64,000 nucleotides of DNA from Vermamoeba vermiformis (lineage: Eukaryota): the NCBI GenBank assembly GCA_045837725.1, contig JBEWZL010000257.1:1-64000 (forward strand), read 5' to 3'. The position numbers and the translations under genes were made by a program. Under the pieces are notes generated by a model. It was not told the origin of the DNA. It was given only the letters and a program-made list of their open reading frames with translations, and did not search any database. Positions 12,901 to 24,264 of the stretch are shown here, piece after piece. The stretch's first letter is position 1. Every line of letters starts with the position of its first letter.

Positions 12901-15701
12901 GTACTCTCCCGACGAGTATACTTTCAAATTACTCGAGAACCTGAAGGCTGCATTTAAAATGGCTGATGTTAACGAAGACACTGCCAAGGCTGCTCAAGAA
13001 CGCAACTACAACCCTGGACGCAAACCTGTGACATTTGAAGTCGAACAACTGGTTTGGTATTATTCTCCGAAGCGTGTCAAGAATCAAGTTCAGAAGCTAA
13101 GCCCGCTTTGGACTGGACCGTACCTCGTCGCTCAACAGCTCAGTCCTGTCGTTTATTTGATTGAAGACATTGACACTGGCAAGAAATTTGCTGCGAACAT
13201 TCAACGACTCAAATCGTGCGAAATTTCATACGCTGAAGCGAAGAAACTCCGCCTTCGAGGCCTGCAACTACGCGACTCAGCTCAAAAGGGGGAGAAGATT
13301 CCTGAAGAATTGACCCCTACGGAACAGAAATTTTTAGAACAAGTTGAAGCCATGGACAAGTTCGATCTGTTCGACAAAACTGAATCTGATCCGTCAAATT
13401 CAACATCCGTCAAACAAGAAGCTGAAATTTCTGCGGAAAATGCTGCTATTGAGCAAATCACTAAAGAAGAGGCTGAATTCATCGTGTCTCCTGAAGACGA
13501 AGTATTCCCGATAGTTCCTACTAAGGTCAGCCATTTCTTTGACGCATTATTCCGAATGTACACGACATTCCGCGACATTTCTACGTTCAAGATTAACAAA
13601 ATGGCCCAACAACTCGATCAGTTCTTTGATAAGCCGTTTATTATGGGTTCTACAGAACGAAAGAAACTCCTCGCCGAATTGAAGACTGCTAAGAAGTCCC
13701 GATCTGCTCTTTTGAAATTCCTCTTGGATTGCACTAGCAACTTCATGATTAAGTTTGCTAGTAGCATTGATCGCCACCCTGACATACCGTCCGCCTAAAG
13801 GGAGGTGAGTGCGACGATCCAATGTCGCTTTGGAAATTCCGTTTTCCTAAAATAGAAATATTAGTTTGTAAACCGTTTTTGTATCTTTTTCGTATTTCGA
13901 ATAAAGCACCACAACAGGTATTTTCTTACCTATTGTCTGTCTCCGTACTGATCTGATCCGTGAAGATAGTCTGCATCTTCATACTGACTACCACATCTCG
14001 TTTTGCGTGCTAACAACCTTTCTTTAGATTCCAGAAAAGGAATATATTTTACAAAAAATAATGGAAAGTTCAGATTTTGATGAGCCTCAGTTCAATACAC
14101 ACCTATTGAAGAATTGGCGCGAGATCTATGAAGATCTCAAAAAATACGAATTCAACAATTTGAATCCAAAAACGTATAAAGCGTTTTTGCGGCCAGCGAA
14201 TGACCTTATAAAAGATTCAGAGGCTATTGAAAGGTTAATCAAGCGGTTGAAAGTCCATCGGCAAGGAAAACACTCGTACGAACATTTATGCGACAAGCCA
14301 TTTCGCAACGGAGCATTGGCAATTGCAGCCGTCGATCAATACGAAGAAATGATTAAATTGTGCTGGAATTATGTAATGTATATGAACTCGCGTGACGAAG
14401 CCCAAGGATTTCATAATTTACAGCTAGTAGAAAACAACGACGAAAATTTCATAGCACATCTTGCACCTCTTAGCGGAGAACTCCCCAACAATACAATATT
14501 AGTGCCTTGCTTTGATAATTGTGACCCAAATTTTGATGTAATATTGTTCAAGGAGGACGCTAAGGCTTTATTGGAACGACTCGGTGAACCAGAGCTGGAT
14601 CCGGTCAAGCTCTACTGCCTGATCATGATTTTTGCGAATATGGATTTTGTTCCGAAAAAAGAGAGAATCCCACGTAAGTTCAAATACGCTAGTTACAAAA
14701 TTATGACAATGTATGGCAGATCCAATTATTTGTGCGGACGAAACGGACCTAGGAAACTACTGTAATTCAATTAGAATGCTTTCGTGTAAATACGACAAGT
14801 TGGCAATTCTGTACGAGGTAAACATCACTCTAATGACTACCATGATAATAACTTGCAAAGCAGATCGTCGATACAAAAAAGCGAGATCCTTCGACTTGGT
14901 CAAACTTTTTCAACTACGATGGCGATAAGCGTGATGAATACTTCAATCAGATCAAATTATTAGCACTACAGATCAATTTCTTGTGTACGTATGAGATTGA
15001 ACGTTTGACATTTTCGTTGACACGTGTCATTTAGACATGCAACTGCACGTGACTACGTTCAGTATTGACGCATGCCCACCTGTCTTTGTTCATTATACGA
15101 GTGCGAGAATAGCTATTGGACATGAAGGCGAGTCCTTGAAAGACAAACTCGTTATCAATTATCAGCACGAGATCTACATGAACTCCGTGATTGATGGCGG
15201 AGAAGTGACGGAGAAAGACGGTCAAACAACGTGTTACGTTAGCGTCAAGCCAGCGGTGAGTTCAATATTAAGGCACTTAATGAAGTTAATTTCTGACAAA
15301 AAGTTGGTTTTAAGGACGAGATAATTTTTCCGCCTGCGTCGAAATTTCCCATCTTTTCTGCCAAAGAAGCTATTCCAAGCACAAACAAAATATTCATGCC
15401 CGAAGATGTGCAACAGCTCATTCCAAAAGAATTCGATTTGATTGGATTTGACACGTTCAGTGACATTCTGATTATACTCCTTGGTTTTCCTGAATATAGT
15501 CATAGCTCTAAAACCAAGCAATGCGAAACTCATTATTGCGGTGGTGATTTTGAGGTGAAATTGCCTTGTCGCAGGTACGGCCATTGGTGTCCGAAGAAAC
15601 ACAATTCGATTACATTTAACGCCAAGAGATACAACATTGACATTGATAAGTTGGCTAAAAATTACGGACTACCTCCTCAACTGACTGAACAAGATCAATG
15701 A
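6948..15701 (+). CDS. F-box-like hypothetical protein, multi-exon, interrupted by the Gypsy element in an intron
   Basis: MSLRKRK... then LNPLHFADVVKEVFKWLDG...LVQKSWRDL (F-box-like). The exon ending ...KISTEN at 7513 splices in frame to 14028 IPEKEYILQKIMESS..., and further exons run to TGA 15701. Confidence 0.65.
7525..7698 (+). repeat. 5' LTR (174 bp, TG...TA)
   Basis: Base-for-base identical by eye to 13810-13983; contains AATAAA at 7615-7620. Confidence 0.97.
7701..7711 (+). promoter_or_regulatory. Primer binding site (TGGTGCGCCC...)
   Basis: TGG complementary to tRNA CCA, 2 nt after the 5' LTR. The tRNA identity is uncertain (possibly Gly). Confidence 0.75.
7766..13798 (+). CDS. Gag-Pol polyprotein (2010 aa): gag, CCHC knuckle, aspartic protease, RT, RNase H, integrase with internal deletion
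   Basis: CHYCKQLGHYKSNC, LLDSGS, SPWASPIVLV, YLDD, QTDAS, integrase HHCC (H..H..CATC), VGVDILGP, YHPQTDGLTERFN, WTGPY. Confidence 0.97.
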   Translation: MEKNTPVSRSSSKKGEKRPSHLSTYHIEQTSNGSDHDFWVEHHGSDDSDDQITWDDLAYLESSSEDSSEVEHNPSHPRSVNRKIEPTSEKKSNKKKNVLKEFLVTHATLLKSLSIEVKALRKELDETKRKKKSKKVPQEDLNKTIYRPSTERDNDSEDDRSETPPKKKLSFNTPGHSTPYRPRGEEGLVNDDGPYLEIGLQESIKFPAGADQLETFQGEQGDTFALWWAHFRRISAKWSDSVRVHVLLAKFGRNPRAWLLNVLENKITWNGLVNEIERAYSSLNSDTELRQSMRKLKWLPSTKKTAQVWLQKMEALRVRMKEKIPDKEFLRLIFDDCLPAKNRMYLGDPDNYSTYLDFRAKLLQHELTFMQVLEEENNERQKNHNNRGSAKSPAPAKAQSTTAATTTPATSTTTDAATTEVKSKPDASSVTCHYCKQLGHYKSNCPKKKRNAFMYVASSDPGPSEESSSDTDEGSEESIQGSPGSSVAIEPVDENSAEPVIVSVHHSSSMRQQIQASHGDGDASPPVLDRQVPFYSIPQRVWMPDLIDTDDFGTPVRWTIQQIIPTVNNAVVPDFPIPGVLPDTPGSSPELLIQFDDMPQSEPGNNTNVQVPGSPPVPVSTETSLPSPLKDIVIGDKKSRLSSVTPAETVVTIDENPFKCLLDSGSNVSLITAAALQLLPVNSFTVIPASDSFKVGNSESVSLHGAVYLPVTMCSLTVPVRFEIVDQFEGYDVVIGLDEMVRLDMDLCLPLRQFNLPGGHPQLLWIGYAPTHKIPVLSHVPGPFADKQVLQPSVTTPVKVRLPVVIPSNMFFRIVDPTCQDAFILTQDIIQGSDSLFYELDAYNPRLARVHLLNGLRIANIEIVGTDSLFQKGEKKVNIEDKNNNNMTVDPEVPTSASASTSVSTSTSSNQNSDSQNLDPAMFGLKIGKLEAEQRAKLDLLIAKYSSIFDRPKKWGANIRVQHQIELKPDAVPYRTTPRRVPPLQQKSLDDQIEDLLKRGIIRKSSSPWASPIVLVKKKDGSWRICIDFRILNDKTKKVAYPLQRIDAALDGMAYAKILSSFDLEKGYFQLKLQEEDIEKTAFVVPNGHYEFVFLPFGLTNAPATFQRAMDDLFREELFKFLIVYLDDIIVYSESFEQHLEHLEILFKKLQEANLYLNSPKCQLCQDKVNYLGHVVGSKGIETNGDKTKAVNSMEPPRNVKQLRSFLGMVGYYRRFIQDFATLADPLHRLLKKDVPWNWSLDCQYSFLELKSRLTKAPILAFPHMDKPFILQTDASNTGIGAVLAQVQDGEERVIAYYSRALLPAERNYHTTDLECLAVVAALKHFHCYLLGSEFEVFTDHSALTTFLTRKQTSARLLRWALELAEFGNFKISHRSGTKNANADGLSCLGSEREDQPRVNHAVRTNKPCQLFVLHGTKDRPSSVQLNYGEISQLQREDVWLNHIYESIVNNKVPDDPDVAKSVAAQRDLYVLENQVLHRIYSVESSHRRHETRKLVAVPRRQVPTILNAMHCNVEGSHLGIDRTYEKIRLHFHWPSMYGDIRRFVKECATCAKKKPPVRSPAGLLMPIRAAGPWDTVGVDILGPLPITQSKHRYIVVFTDYLTKWVEAFPMKDADAKTLARIFVMNIKKLFTTPYHPQTDGLTERFNKTIAQMLTAYVDLHQTNWDQILPLALLAYRTARQSSTRETPFFMTYGRDAFLPLNRIYPSELDEEYSPDEYTFKLLENLKAAFKMADVNEDTAKAAQERNYNPGRKPVTFEVEQLVWYYSPKRVKNQVQKLSPLWTGPYLVAQQLSPVVYLIEDIDTGKKFAANIQRLKSCEISYAEAKKLRLRGLQLRDSAQKGEKIPEELTPTEQKFLEQVEAMDKFDLFDKTESDPSNSTSVKQEAEISAENAAIEQITKEEAEFIVSPEDEVFPIVPTKVSHFFDALFRMYTTFRDISTFKINKMAQQLDQFFDKPFIMGSTERKKLLAELKTAKKSRSALLKFLLDCTSNFMIKFASSIDRHPDIPSA
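13797..13809 (+). promoter_or_regulatory. Polypurine tract
   Basis: AAAGGGAGGTGAG immediately before the 3' LTR. Confidence 0.85.
13810..13983 (+). repeat. 3' LTR (174 bp)
   Basis: Identical to the 5' LTR and followed by the CTGA TSD. Confidence 0.97.
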
Positions 15702-15761
15702 TGATTTAGAACGCTAATTGTATTTTTGCATTCACCATTAAATTATTTATGATAGATTTAT

Positions 15762-18700
15762 TTACAAGATGTTAGTTTTGTCGGTCGCGAGTCTCGGCTT
15801 CAATTTGCAGCAGAGTCCAACGATCGCTGTGAAACTTTCGCCGGTCATCGATAAGCTGTAAAAAGTTGTCATAGCGATCGCCAAACATGTGTATACAAAG
15901 TTAATAGGCATTCTAAAGAGGTACAAGCCAAGCTCGAAGAAAAATAATGACGCGAAGAAAAACGTCAAAAAATATCTCCAAATGTACTGCTGCAATGATT
16001 TTTGGATTTTTTCCGCTGCTGGTTGCTGCGTCAATGACAATTGAGGTGTGATCATGCAAATTAAGTATAACGGCATCAAGAAAAAGAACGCAAACTTGTG
16101 GATCGAGAAAAGAATTCCCGCCAAAGTCACGTGCTCGGTGTGATCATGAATGCCCAAAATAAATATCTTCGTGTCGCCGAGATCGTAGTTTCCTCCCGAA
16201 ATTTCGTGCAGCCAGTACGCTTGATTCATCATCAACAAAAACGCAAATTTCCTCAGATGTGGACCTGCGAACTGAACGACTTTTGTGTCCATATTCGCTG
16301 CATGCACAATCTTGCTGTATGAATTGAGCACTAGCGTACCGAAGACTAGGTACAGCCTAACAGATTGAATAATGAATTAGTGACAACGAAAAAATTGACA
16401 GGTGTCAAACTCGATCTTCAATTCAATGAATCGATATATGAAGTGTCAAAGTGTCAAAAGTGTCAAAATAATGACTGGCCGTGCTTACCTCTCTTCATCA
16501 GTGAACAGCACGAACAACAACATTGTCATCGGAATAACAGCCAATCGACGCGAGACACCAGGCACGATCAACAAGACGACAGTGTGCGCGATGAGTGCAG
16601 GGTACAAGCCGATGATAATCACGCTGTGATTGGAGTCAATGTCCATGTTGTTCACCTTCCAAGTCCGGCCAATCGATTCAAATGCAAAGAAGTACGTGAA
16701 TGCCATGAAGTAGATGACACGTGTCAGTTTGAAGATTGTGCCGTTCATGAACAACTCTCTTTCCGAGTTGTTTTGCTGTGCTTCAATCGCCTAAAATAGT
16801 ATCGGTTAGTTCCGCAATCTATTATTTCCTTAAACGTACTTGTTGATATTCTTTGAATCGTTGCCACATCCAAATAGCAAAGCCCAAATAAAACACTAAA
16901 TACGTTAATACGTGGAGCGCTAATGGTCGACCAATCTCCTTGCGGACTGTAAAGGTATTAGCTTAATTTGGTAATAAGTGATGCGAGGGTACGTGCCTTG
17001 AATGAACGAATTCGTGTAGACTGCAACAATGACACCGGCAGCTGTGCCGACAAACAGCCAATATCGAATGTTGTGCGAGGGACTTTTCACCTCATTTTCA
17101 TCAATGATAGCTTTGCGTTTTATCTTCTCGCTGTTGCCGGCCTCCATATCATCGTCTTTGGTATTTGGAGAAGTTTCTTGGTCCATTGACGTGTTGTAAA
17201 GTGCACCAGCGACCAACAGCGCGTGAATGAATAAAAAGATTTGTCTGTTCTCGCCCCACCAGAACTCGACATTAAGCTGCCATAATAAGTTAGCCCATCA
17301 TACCACGTAAAATATCCGTAATGAAAAATTGTACGTACCATTGAAAAGACTACTGGGTAACCAAACACGATGAATATTGGAACGACAATCAGCCAAAATC
17401 TCGCTTTCAACATGACGCAGAATTTTTGCAAAGACCCAAACTCTAAGTTCGTGAGCGAGATGAACGTGCCAAGAGCGGCCAAGAGGTAGAACGCGATTGA
17501 AAAGACAGGGATTGCGTGGAACTCTTCGAGGGCGTGCTTGAGCTGACCAAGATACTTCTTCCAAGTGCTGTCTTTCGCAGTCTTTACGTCCAAGTTGTGT
17601 TCATCGTCAGGGCCAAATCGACTGACAGTCGAGCCAAGTCTCACGCCTAAATGTTTGGCGTTCTGAATGAGTTGAAATGACACGTGTCTGTACAAATTGA
17701 TGCGTTCTGAAAGTGACTCTGAAGCTGCATAAGCCACGCCGTTAGATTCAGCGGGAATGCTCGCTGCTCGGACGTATTGCGTCAGCGTGCCAGCGACGTC
17801 AACAGTGTCGAGCCAGACCTCTTGAGGGAGAGGTTTCAGCTTCGGGTTGTACATCATCATGAAGGCTTCGTTGCCGTTGTCCGACGTTCCGTGAGTACTG
17901 TCAAAAGCAAGTTAATCGCTGGTTGTACGACAACGGCTTATCTTTTGAATGAAATATCAATGTCGCAGCAATTAAGTTGTTACCTTAAAATGTCGTCATC
18001 TGGCCACGCACCACCATGATCGCTCATAACGACCAAAAGATAATCGGGATTTTCATCGATCCAGCGCTGCACAATGCGCATGTCCTCGTTGAACTGGTTG
18101 ATAATTTCAACGGTGTGCGAATCATATTTGCTATGATTGTGCGTGTTAGATTTGGGTCGGAAGTCGAATTTCTAAATTAGGAAATACTTACTCCATCGTC
18201 TTGTGGTTAAATTTATCCACGATTTGGGTCGTGATCAGAGCACTTTTCGAGTCAGATCTGAACTTGTTCAGTTGACTGTAGGCTGATTCTTTGCTGACAG
18301 CAGCACCCTTATTAGGACCAAATAAGGAATAAAAAGCACGTTCATGAACAGTGTCTTCTTCAACACGAGTTATTCCGCTCCAAAGTTGTGTTCTTTCGCG
18401 CATCAAATCGTAGAACGCTTCACCGTCCGTTTGCCCGTAGTAATGAATAGGAACACCTAATGAAATTGTTTGATTAATATTTTAACTATATTTGGCATAA
18501 TAGTGTGATGCGAACCTGCAGTTTTGAACTGGCTAATGAAGTTGTCGCACTCAACTGGAGCGCCCATGACATTAGTAGCCGGCTTGCCAGTGAGGTATGA
18601 AGTTACTACACCATATGTTGATTGAAAGGGTATATTGTATATATGATACAAGTGCGATGAAGCCTGGTGTAACGAAGATCTCGTTAGAAAAATTGAAAAT

Positions 18701-19421
18701 TCTGGATCGATCTTTGAAGCTGGACTTAAATTAAAATACTACAATACGAAATTCTATTGACTTACTTCGAATGTTCTTTGGGTGGTAGTTGTCCAAAACT
18801 GGTCAAATGGAAGCCCATCCATGTAAAATATCAAAATCTTTTGAAATGATAACGAACTTTGACAGTGATCGGGATTTTCTATACAATATGTATTCACAAA
18901 ATTTTCGCTGCTGTAATAAGCATTAATTAGTTAATTGCGGTTGCGGATGCCGAGCCAAAAATTCTGGGCTCCAAAAAAATGAAGAAAATATCGCATTATT
19001 AAATATTGTATTCATCTGTTAAATGTAATATGCTGCAGTAACGATAAATCAAGCAGCGCAAAAAAAAAAGTACGAGATCCAAATAAGTTTTCAAATTGTG
19101 TACTGCAACGTTATTTTTTTTTATAGTAAGACCTATTATTAACAATTATTCTTAGCAAATTAAAAATTATTAGAGTAGTCTTTAAGCATTTGAGATGTAC
19201 CTGATCCAAGCAGAGTTCGTTCGGTTGTAGCTGTCCACAATGTTGCTGGAGCAATAGGCTATTACAAGAAGCACTATTAGCGGCTTAAAGTTGCTCCAGA
19301 TGAACGAAAGAGCATTGAACAGCGGAGGTGAGCCGCGCTTTATTCGTTGGATGAACGGATCGCATCCCAGTCGCAGAACCTGGAACTGTCCTAGCATTTC
19401 AGAAGTCTGCTCTGGGTCCAA
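15762..19421 (-). CDS. Alkaline-phosphatase-superfamily multipass membrane protein, GPI ethanolamine-phosphate transferase (PIG-N/O/G)-like
   Basis: N-terminal TM; LIFYMDGLPFD, STYGVVTSYLTG, VVMSDHGG motifs; many C-terminal TM helices. Start codon uncertain. Confidence 0.6.
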
Positions 19422-19835
19422 TAGCTAATAAAAATGAACTTGGGGTGAGGATTTAGTTTTTCAACGTTGAAAATGCCTAAAAAGGAAGGTGGAGCGCATG
19501 TAAACCGACAAAATCTCGCCGAGAGAGATCCAAAAATGGAAACGGTTGGAAATGTGTTCAGACAGCAATACTAACTATTTCGAGACATTACTATGTTACT
19601 TAAACGTCAAAGCATCAAAATTGCGTTTTTCGTTTCTAGTCCTTGACATCCAGCACCAAAGTCCGCAGAGCTCACAATCGGGTGGAACATTCAGCTCCGC
19701 ACTTCCGTACCTTGCACGATTATCTCGCTTAATCACCGAGGAATGAGTAAAATCATCACCTGTAATGCTAGCTAGCTATCAAACGTGATTTGGGTACCTG
19801 CAATAGCAAACTAGATCAGAGGAATTAACAGCGTT

Positions 19836-20846
19836 CTATTGTATAATACAGCGGGATCTCTTAGCTAATTTTGGATTAAGCATAGCAGGGGTTCGCTTAT
19901 AAAAGACATTAGCCGCGTGTTCTATGCTCGCATCCAGATCTTTGTCAGCTACCAAAAGCCCATTATCCAAAAAAGGTTTGATTATTCTTCGCATAACATC
20001 TAATGCTTCTTTAGCTTTATCGGCACCATACGTTTGATAAATTTCGACGCCAATACTCTTTGCGTATTCTTGCGCTATTTCAAACGAAACTTCAATTTCT
20101 TCTGGTTTGCGATGGTAACGCGTTCCAATTATCACCTAATAACATATAAGCAAGCATAGAAACGATATTATTTCATAGTATCAATCGTGCCGTCGGAACG
20201 TATAAATATTTGATCAGGTCTGTTTGTTATTCTTACGATTGGAACAGGTTCTCGGCCCATATCCGAACATATCCGCTTTGCTTCATCAATTTTTAGCTTA
20301 ATGTCTTCAAACGAACGCATACTTAGTGCGCTGTAAATCATGACAACGCAAAAAGATTGCGCGTAGCTCATCTGTCTCTCGGCTGAATTAATTAACCATT
20401 AAATATCTATGACTTAATTAATAAGTGATCATTGACTATTCTAATTACCGACTCTGTCTTCGCGCTGAGAAACATTTGATACAGAAACCCAGATCTTTTT
20501 GCCATCAATTTCTATCTGCAAAATAAAAGGATATTAAATATTTGCTATTTAAGTAAATGCTTAACTGTCCTAAATTTTTAATAAACTGTCTCCAAAATCT
20601 TTTATTAATTATACTTACGTTGGATCGCACTATGTCATTCAAATACGGCGACTGATCCGCTATAATGCTTTATTAATTTTTATATAAATTATGCTCGCAC
20701 GTACGATCCCATTGTTGCGATTGTAAAAGGCAGATAAAATCATAACCGAGATCGTGCGTGTAATAACCCCAAGTCTCGGTAGAACCGGTCCTTGGTGCAC
20801 CATCTCCAGTTATTAAGCACAATTGTGGTGGATTCTTTTTGGCCAT
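19836..20846 (-). CDS. Highly divergent Ras/Rho-fold small GTPase-like protein with CAAX (probable pseudoGTPase)
   Basis: Spliced: LCLITGDGAPRTGST...IEIDGKKIWVSVSNVSQ...CVVMIYSALSMRSFEDI...PVPIVIIGTRYH...EVSFEIAQEYAKSIG...SRCIIQ. Confidence 0.65.
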
Positions 20847-20977
20847 AATTTAAACAGTTGAATTGATTAAAAAAAAGTTGCACGGAAGTTGTCAAACCCG
20901 CCTTACCCGTATTTCCTTTTAAATGAGACGAATTGTCTAATTGAGTTTATTTACAAAAGAAATAAAATTGAATAAAA

Positions 20978-22897
20978 CTAATCATCCTCGTTCAAAATTT
21001 CGTCCAGAAGTTCATCGTCGTTCGGATCGGGGACTACACCCTTTGTAAAAACGTAGGTAGAAATACCACTCGATTTGGCTTGATATTTCTTATAAGCCCA
21101 GAAAGCGACATATCCTATTAAAGCCAAGCCAACCATTGCGGATGCGCCGATCAGGACGTACTTGAACGGTTTCAGATCGCTGTTGTTACCTTCATCGCCA
21201 GGCTCACGATCAGAACCTTTAGTAGGTGTAACGACAATGATGTCTTGGGGTGGATTAACGGGTGGATTGCACACCTGATCGTTGGTCAAGTCCAACAAGT
21301 TGTACTTGTTCAAAGGATAGGTCTGCACTTCGAAGCCGTTACACTCGTAGCGCATAGCTAACAAGTTATTCACCTACAGTGTATTAGTATTGCCCCGACA
21401 CCTGTTATTGAAATACAGTACTTACGACCAAGTTGTTGCTCGAGACAGTGAAGTTTCTTAACATGAAGCAGCTCTGGCACTTATTGTTTCCCGGATCCGT
21501 TTGGCAGCCTAACTCGATCTTATCGTGGTTCTTTAATTGCTCAATAGTAAACGCGAGCTCTTTGTTATCTAAAGTTTCAACTCGCTGCAAGAAACAAAAC
21601 TATTAGAACAGATCTTCCAACAGAGATCTGATCGCTTACGAGGCTACGGCAGTTTTCACCCTTCTTGCTGACAATACAATGACTGAAGCCACCAGGGCCA
21701 GTAATGCAACTTTTATCGGAAGCTAAGATCTACGTGTTAGTCCTAACAGATAGATAGTCATAGTTTGTCTAGTACGTACTCCACTCGCAGCCAACACCGT
21801 GATAGTTATCTTTGCAGTGACACAGACCAGCAAGCGAGCATTGACCGTGCTGAGAGCAATCAGCGTCACAATCTAAACGAACGGAATAAGTTAAACCTAT
21901 AGTACTCGAACTCTAAGAGCCAATTACTTGCGACTATAATATTACAAAAAGCGCGCACAAATAATACCAATAAAAACATCTGAAGTGTCACTTACTCAAG
22001 AAACAATTGTCAAGTGTCAAGCATCCGAAGTCAACTTGCGACATTACATTTCCAAAGCAATCAACCCTGGAAGTGCCACAGACATTGACTTGGTGACTAG
22101 GTGTAGAGTAGTTTGCGATTGTAACGCACGCATTGCACTGCACTGAAGCTCGTCTGACCAAAAGTGATCAGATCGCGTGTCAGTCAATTGACCAATAGAA
22201 AACTTACTTGTTCAGCGGAACATTGATGGGAATGCACGCTTCAATAGGAAACCTGGGTTGTCCCTAGAAAGTTGTTTTTGAGTACTTTGACTGGGAGTTG
22301 GAGTACGGATTTAGTTTTACTTACGACGCCGAAGTCAACGTAGCTTAATGCCTTGACTATCGAAGTTGTCATGGGCTCGAAAATCGGTTTACTTTTGTAG
22401 GTAACAGCCAAGGACTGTTAAAACGAAATTAATAATCGGAAAAATGTAGGAGTGCATCCATTAAATGGATCAGAAAATTTACGATTGATTTGTTCATCAA
22501 TATGTACATTCTAAATATATTTACCAGCTTAAGACAATCCTGATGCGTAACGGTGAAGCATACATCTTTCACTGCAGGATTATCGATGCATTTTTGAAGC
22601 AGAACGGCTAAAAATTATTTAATTATAATTCCGACACTCGTTATTATCGATAATGAATGCCTTCGTATTTTTAAAATACAAGGAAATTTATTTCAATTTT
22701 TCTAAATTAGTATGTGCCGCTAAGAGGCCATACAATCCATAAATTAGCACCAAATCATCAATAATAAAATTATCTGGTAAATTATGAACATTTTGTCTCG
22801 GGAAAGCGAATATTAAAAAGGACTTACAGTCATCCGCTCCGACGGCACTCAAAGTGATGAGTAAAGCTATATATATACAAAAGATACGTATGTACAT
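20978..22897 (-). CDS. Secreted single-pass membrane protein with EGF-like Cys motif, multi-exon
   Basis: Signal peptide MYIRIFCIYIALLITLSAVGA; CDADCSQHGQCSLAGLCHCKDNYHGVGC; TM YVLIGASAMVGLALIGYVAFW. Confidence 0.7.
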
Positions 22898-23066
22898 CTA
22901 CAGATAACTTATATAATATAGAACAAACAAATGATGAGTCGTGTTCGATCTCTCAAACAAAAGTAAAAAATAATTTTAACGACGCACAGCAGCACAGCAG
23001 GTCTTTAGATATTTATATTAATATTTGCGTGTACATGCAAAACACATCGGAGGGCTATTCTGTAGA

Positions 23067-23884
23067 ATGGAATCGAAAGCAGCAACAGCGCTAAAGTGTG
23101 TTTTCGTTGGCGACAGTGCAGTTGGCAAAACAACCCTCCTTCATACATTAGCCTGCGGGAAAAAACCAGATTACGACATTCCTTATTACAAAGTGCAAAA
23201 TCATAGTAAGTAGCCCACCGATCGCACCTTTATTTTAAAAAAATAAAAATTAAATTTTAAAAAATAGCCGCTGAATTTACGCACCAAGGAAGAAACTATA
23301 ATTTGGGATTAGTTGACACACCGCACGATGAGACGCATGACCGGTAGGTTGAGAGGCTTAAATTGTTATAGTCAAAGACTTTCGTTTTCTTACTCTTAGC
23401 TTGCTGATCCACCTCTTGTTTGAATTCTATTAAGATAAAATACGACGATATGCTAATTTAGGACGATAGAACTCGGCCTTTGTCGTACCCAGATACGGAT
23501 GTCTTTGTTGTTTGCTTCTCGCCGGTACGCCACACCTCTCTACTAAATGCGGCGCATCGCTGGGCTAAAGAAGTGGCCCATTACTGTCCAGACAAGCCAA
23601 TAATATTACTAGCACTTAGAACAGATCAAAGAACGGATCCAAAAATGATAGAATTGTACGATAGAGCTAGACAAGGTTCCATTGATACGCCTGCCGACGG
23701 AACTAAAATAGCTGCAGAAATTGGCGCGGAGCGGTATTTGGAGTGTTCAGCTGTGATGGAACAGGGACTGCAAGAGTTGTTAATTTCGTTAGTTGAAGTA
23801 GGACTGAGCGGCAAACAGAATAAATCGAAGACAGATAAGAAAGGTAGCAAACAGAAAGCTAAACAAGAGTGTAATATAACGTAA
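23067..23884 (+). CDS. Rho/Rac-family small GTPase (atypical)
   Basis: KCVFVGDSAVGKT, RPLSYPDTDVFVVCFS, YLECSA, CAAX CNIT; G3 reads DTPHDE. Confidence 0.9.
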
Positions 23885-24264
23885 ATAATTAATCCTGCAT
23901 TTTTTACTTGATCTGAACAATTTTTGTTCGTGTATAAATTCATAGATATTATTGGTAATTATTAATACATTAGCTCTGTAATTTTTCGCAATTTTTTGGT
24001 TATTGGCGTTACCTCGATCGGCTAAGTTTGCGGTGGAATTAATTTCTTATTAGGCAACGGCAACACTAGTTCGAGCCAGCCACATGAATGCTAGTAGACT
24101 TGTGCTACTCGTATACCGATTAATACGACAAGGAGAAACGGCGAATTAATGCTCGTAACTAGGTAATTACGCTGCGAAATTCCAGCGCGGCCCGCACTTA
24201 TTTAATCGTTCGACACTCATTCAGTTTATTCTTCCATAAGAATAAGAAACAACAACTGAACGAT

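Larger units (their letters stand above)
7525..13983 (+). mobile_element. Ty3/Gypsy LTR retrotransposon, recent insertion, TSD CTGA (7521-7524 / 13984-13987)
   Basis: Two identical 174-bp LTRs, a PBS, a PPT, and a single gag-pol ORF in PR-RT-RH-IN order. Confidence 0.97.

Noticed and set aside
7939..13822. Many short antisense and alternate-frame ORFs within the Gypsy element and other genes
   Set aside because: Shadow ORFs of real coding sequence with no motifs of their own.
14061..14765. ORF after the Gypsy pol as an env-like third gene
   Set aside because: It lies outside the 3' LTR and TSD, and splices in frame to host exons upstream of the element.
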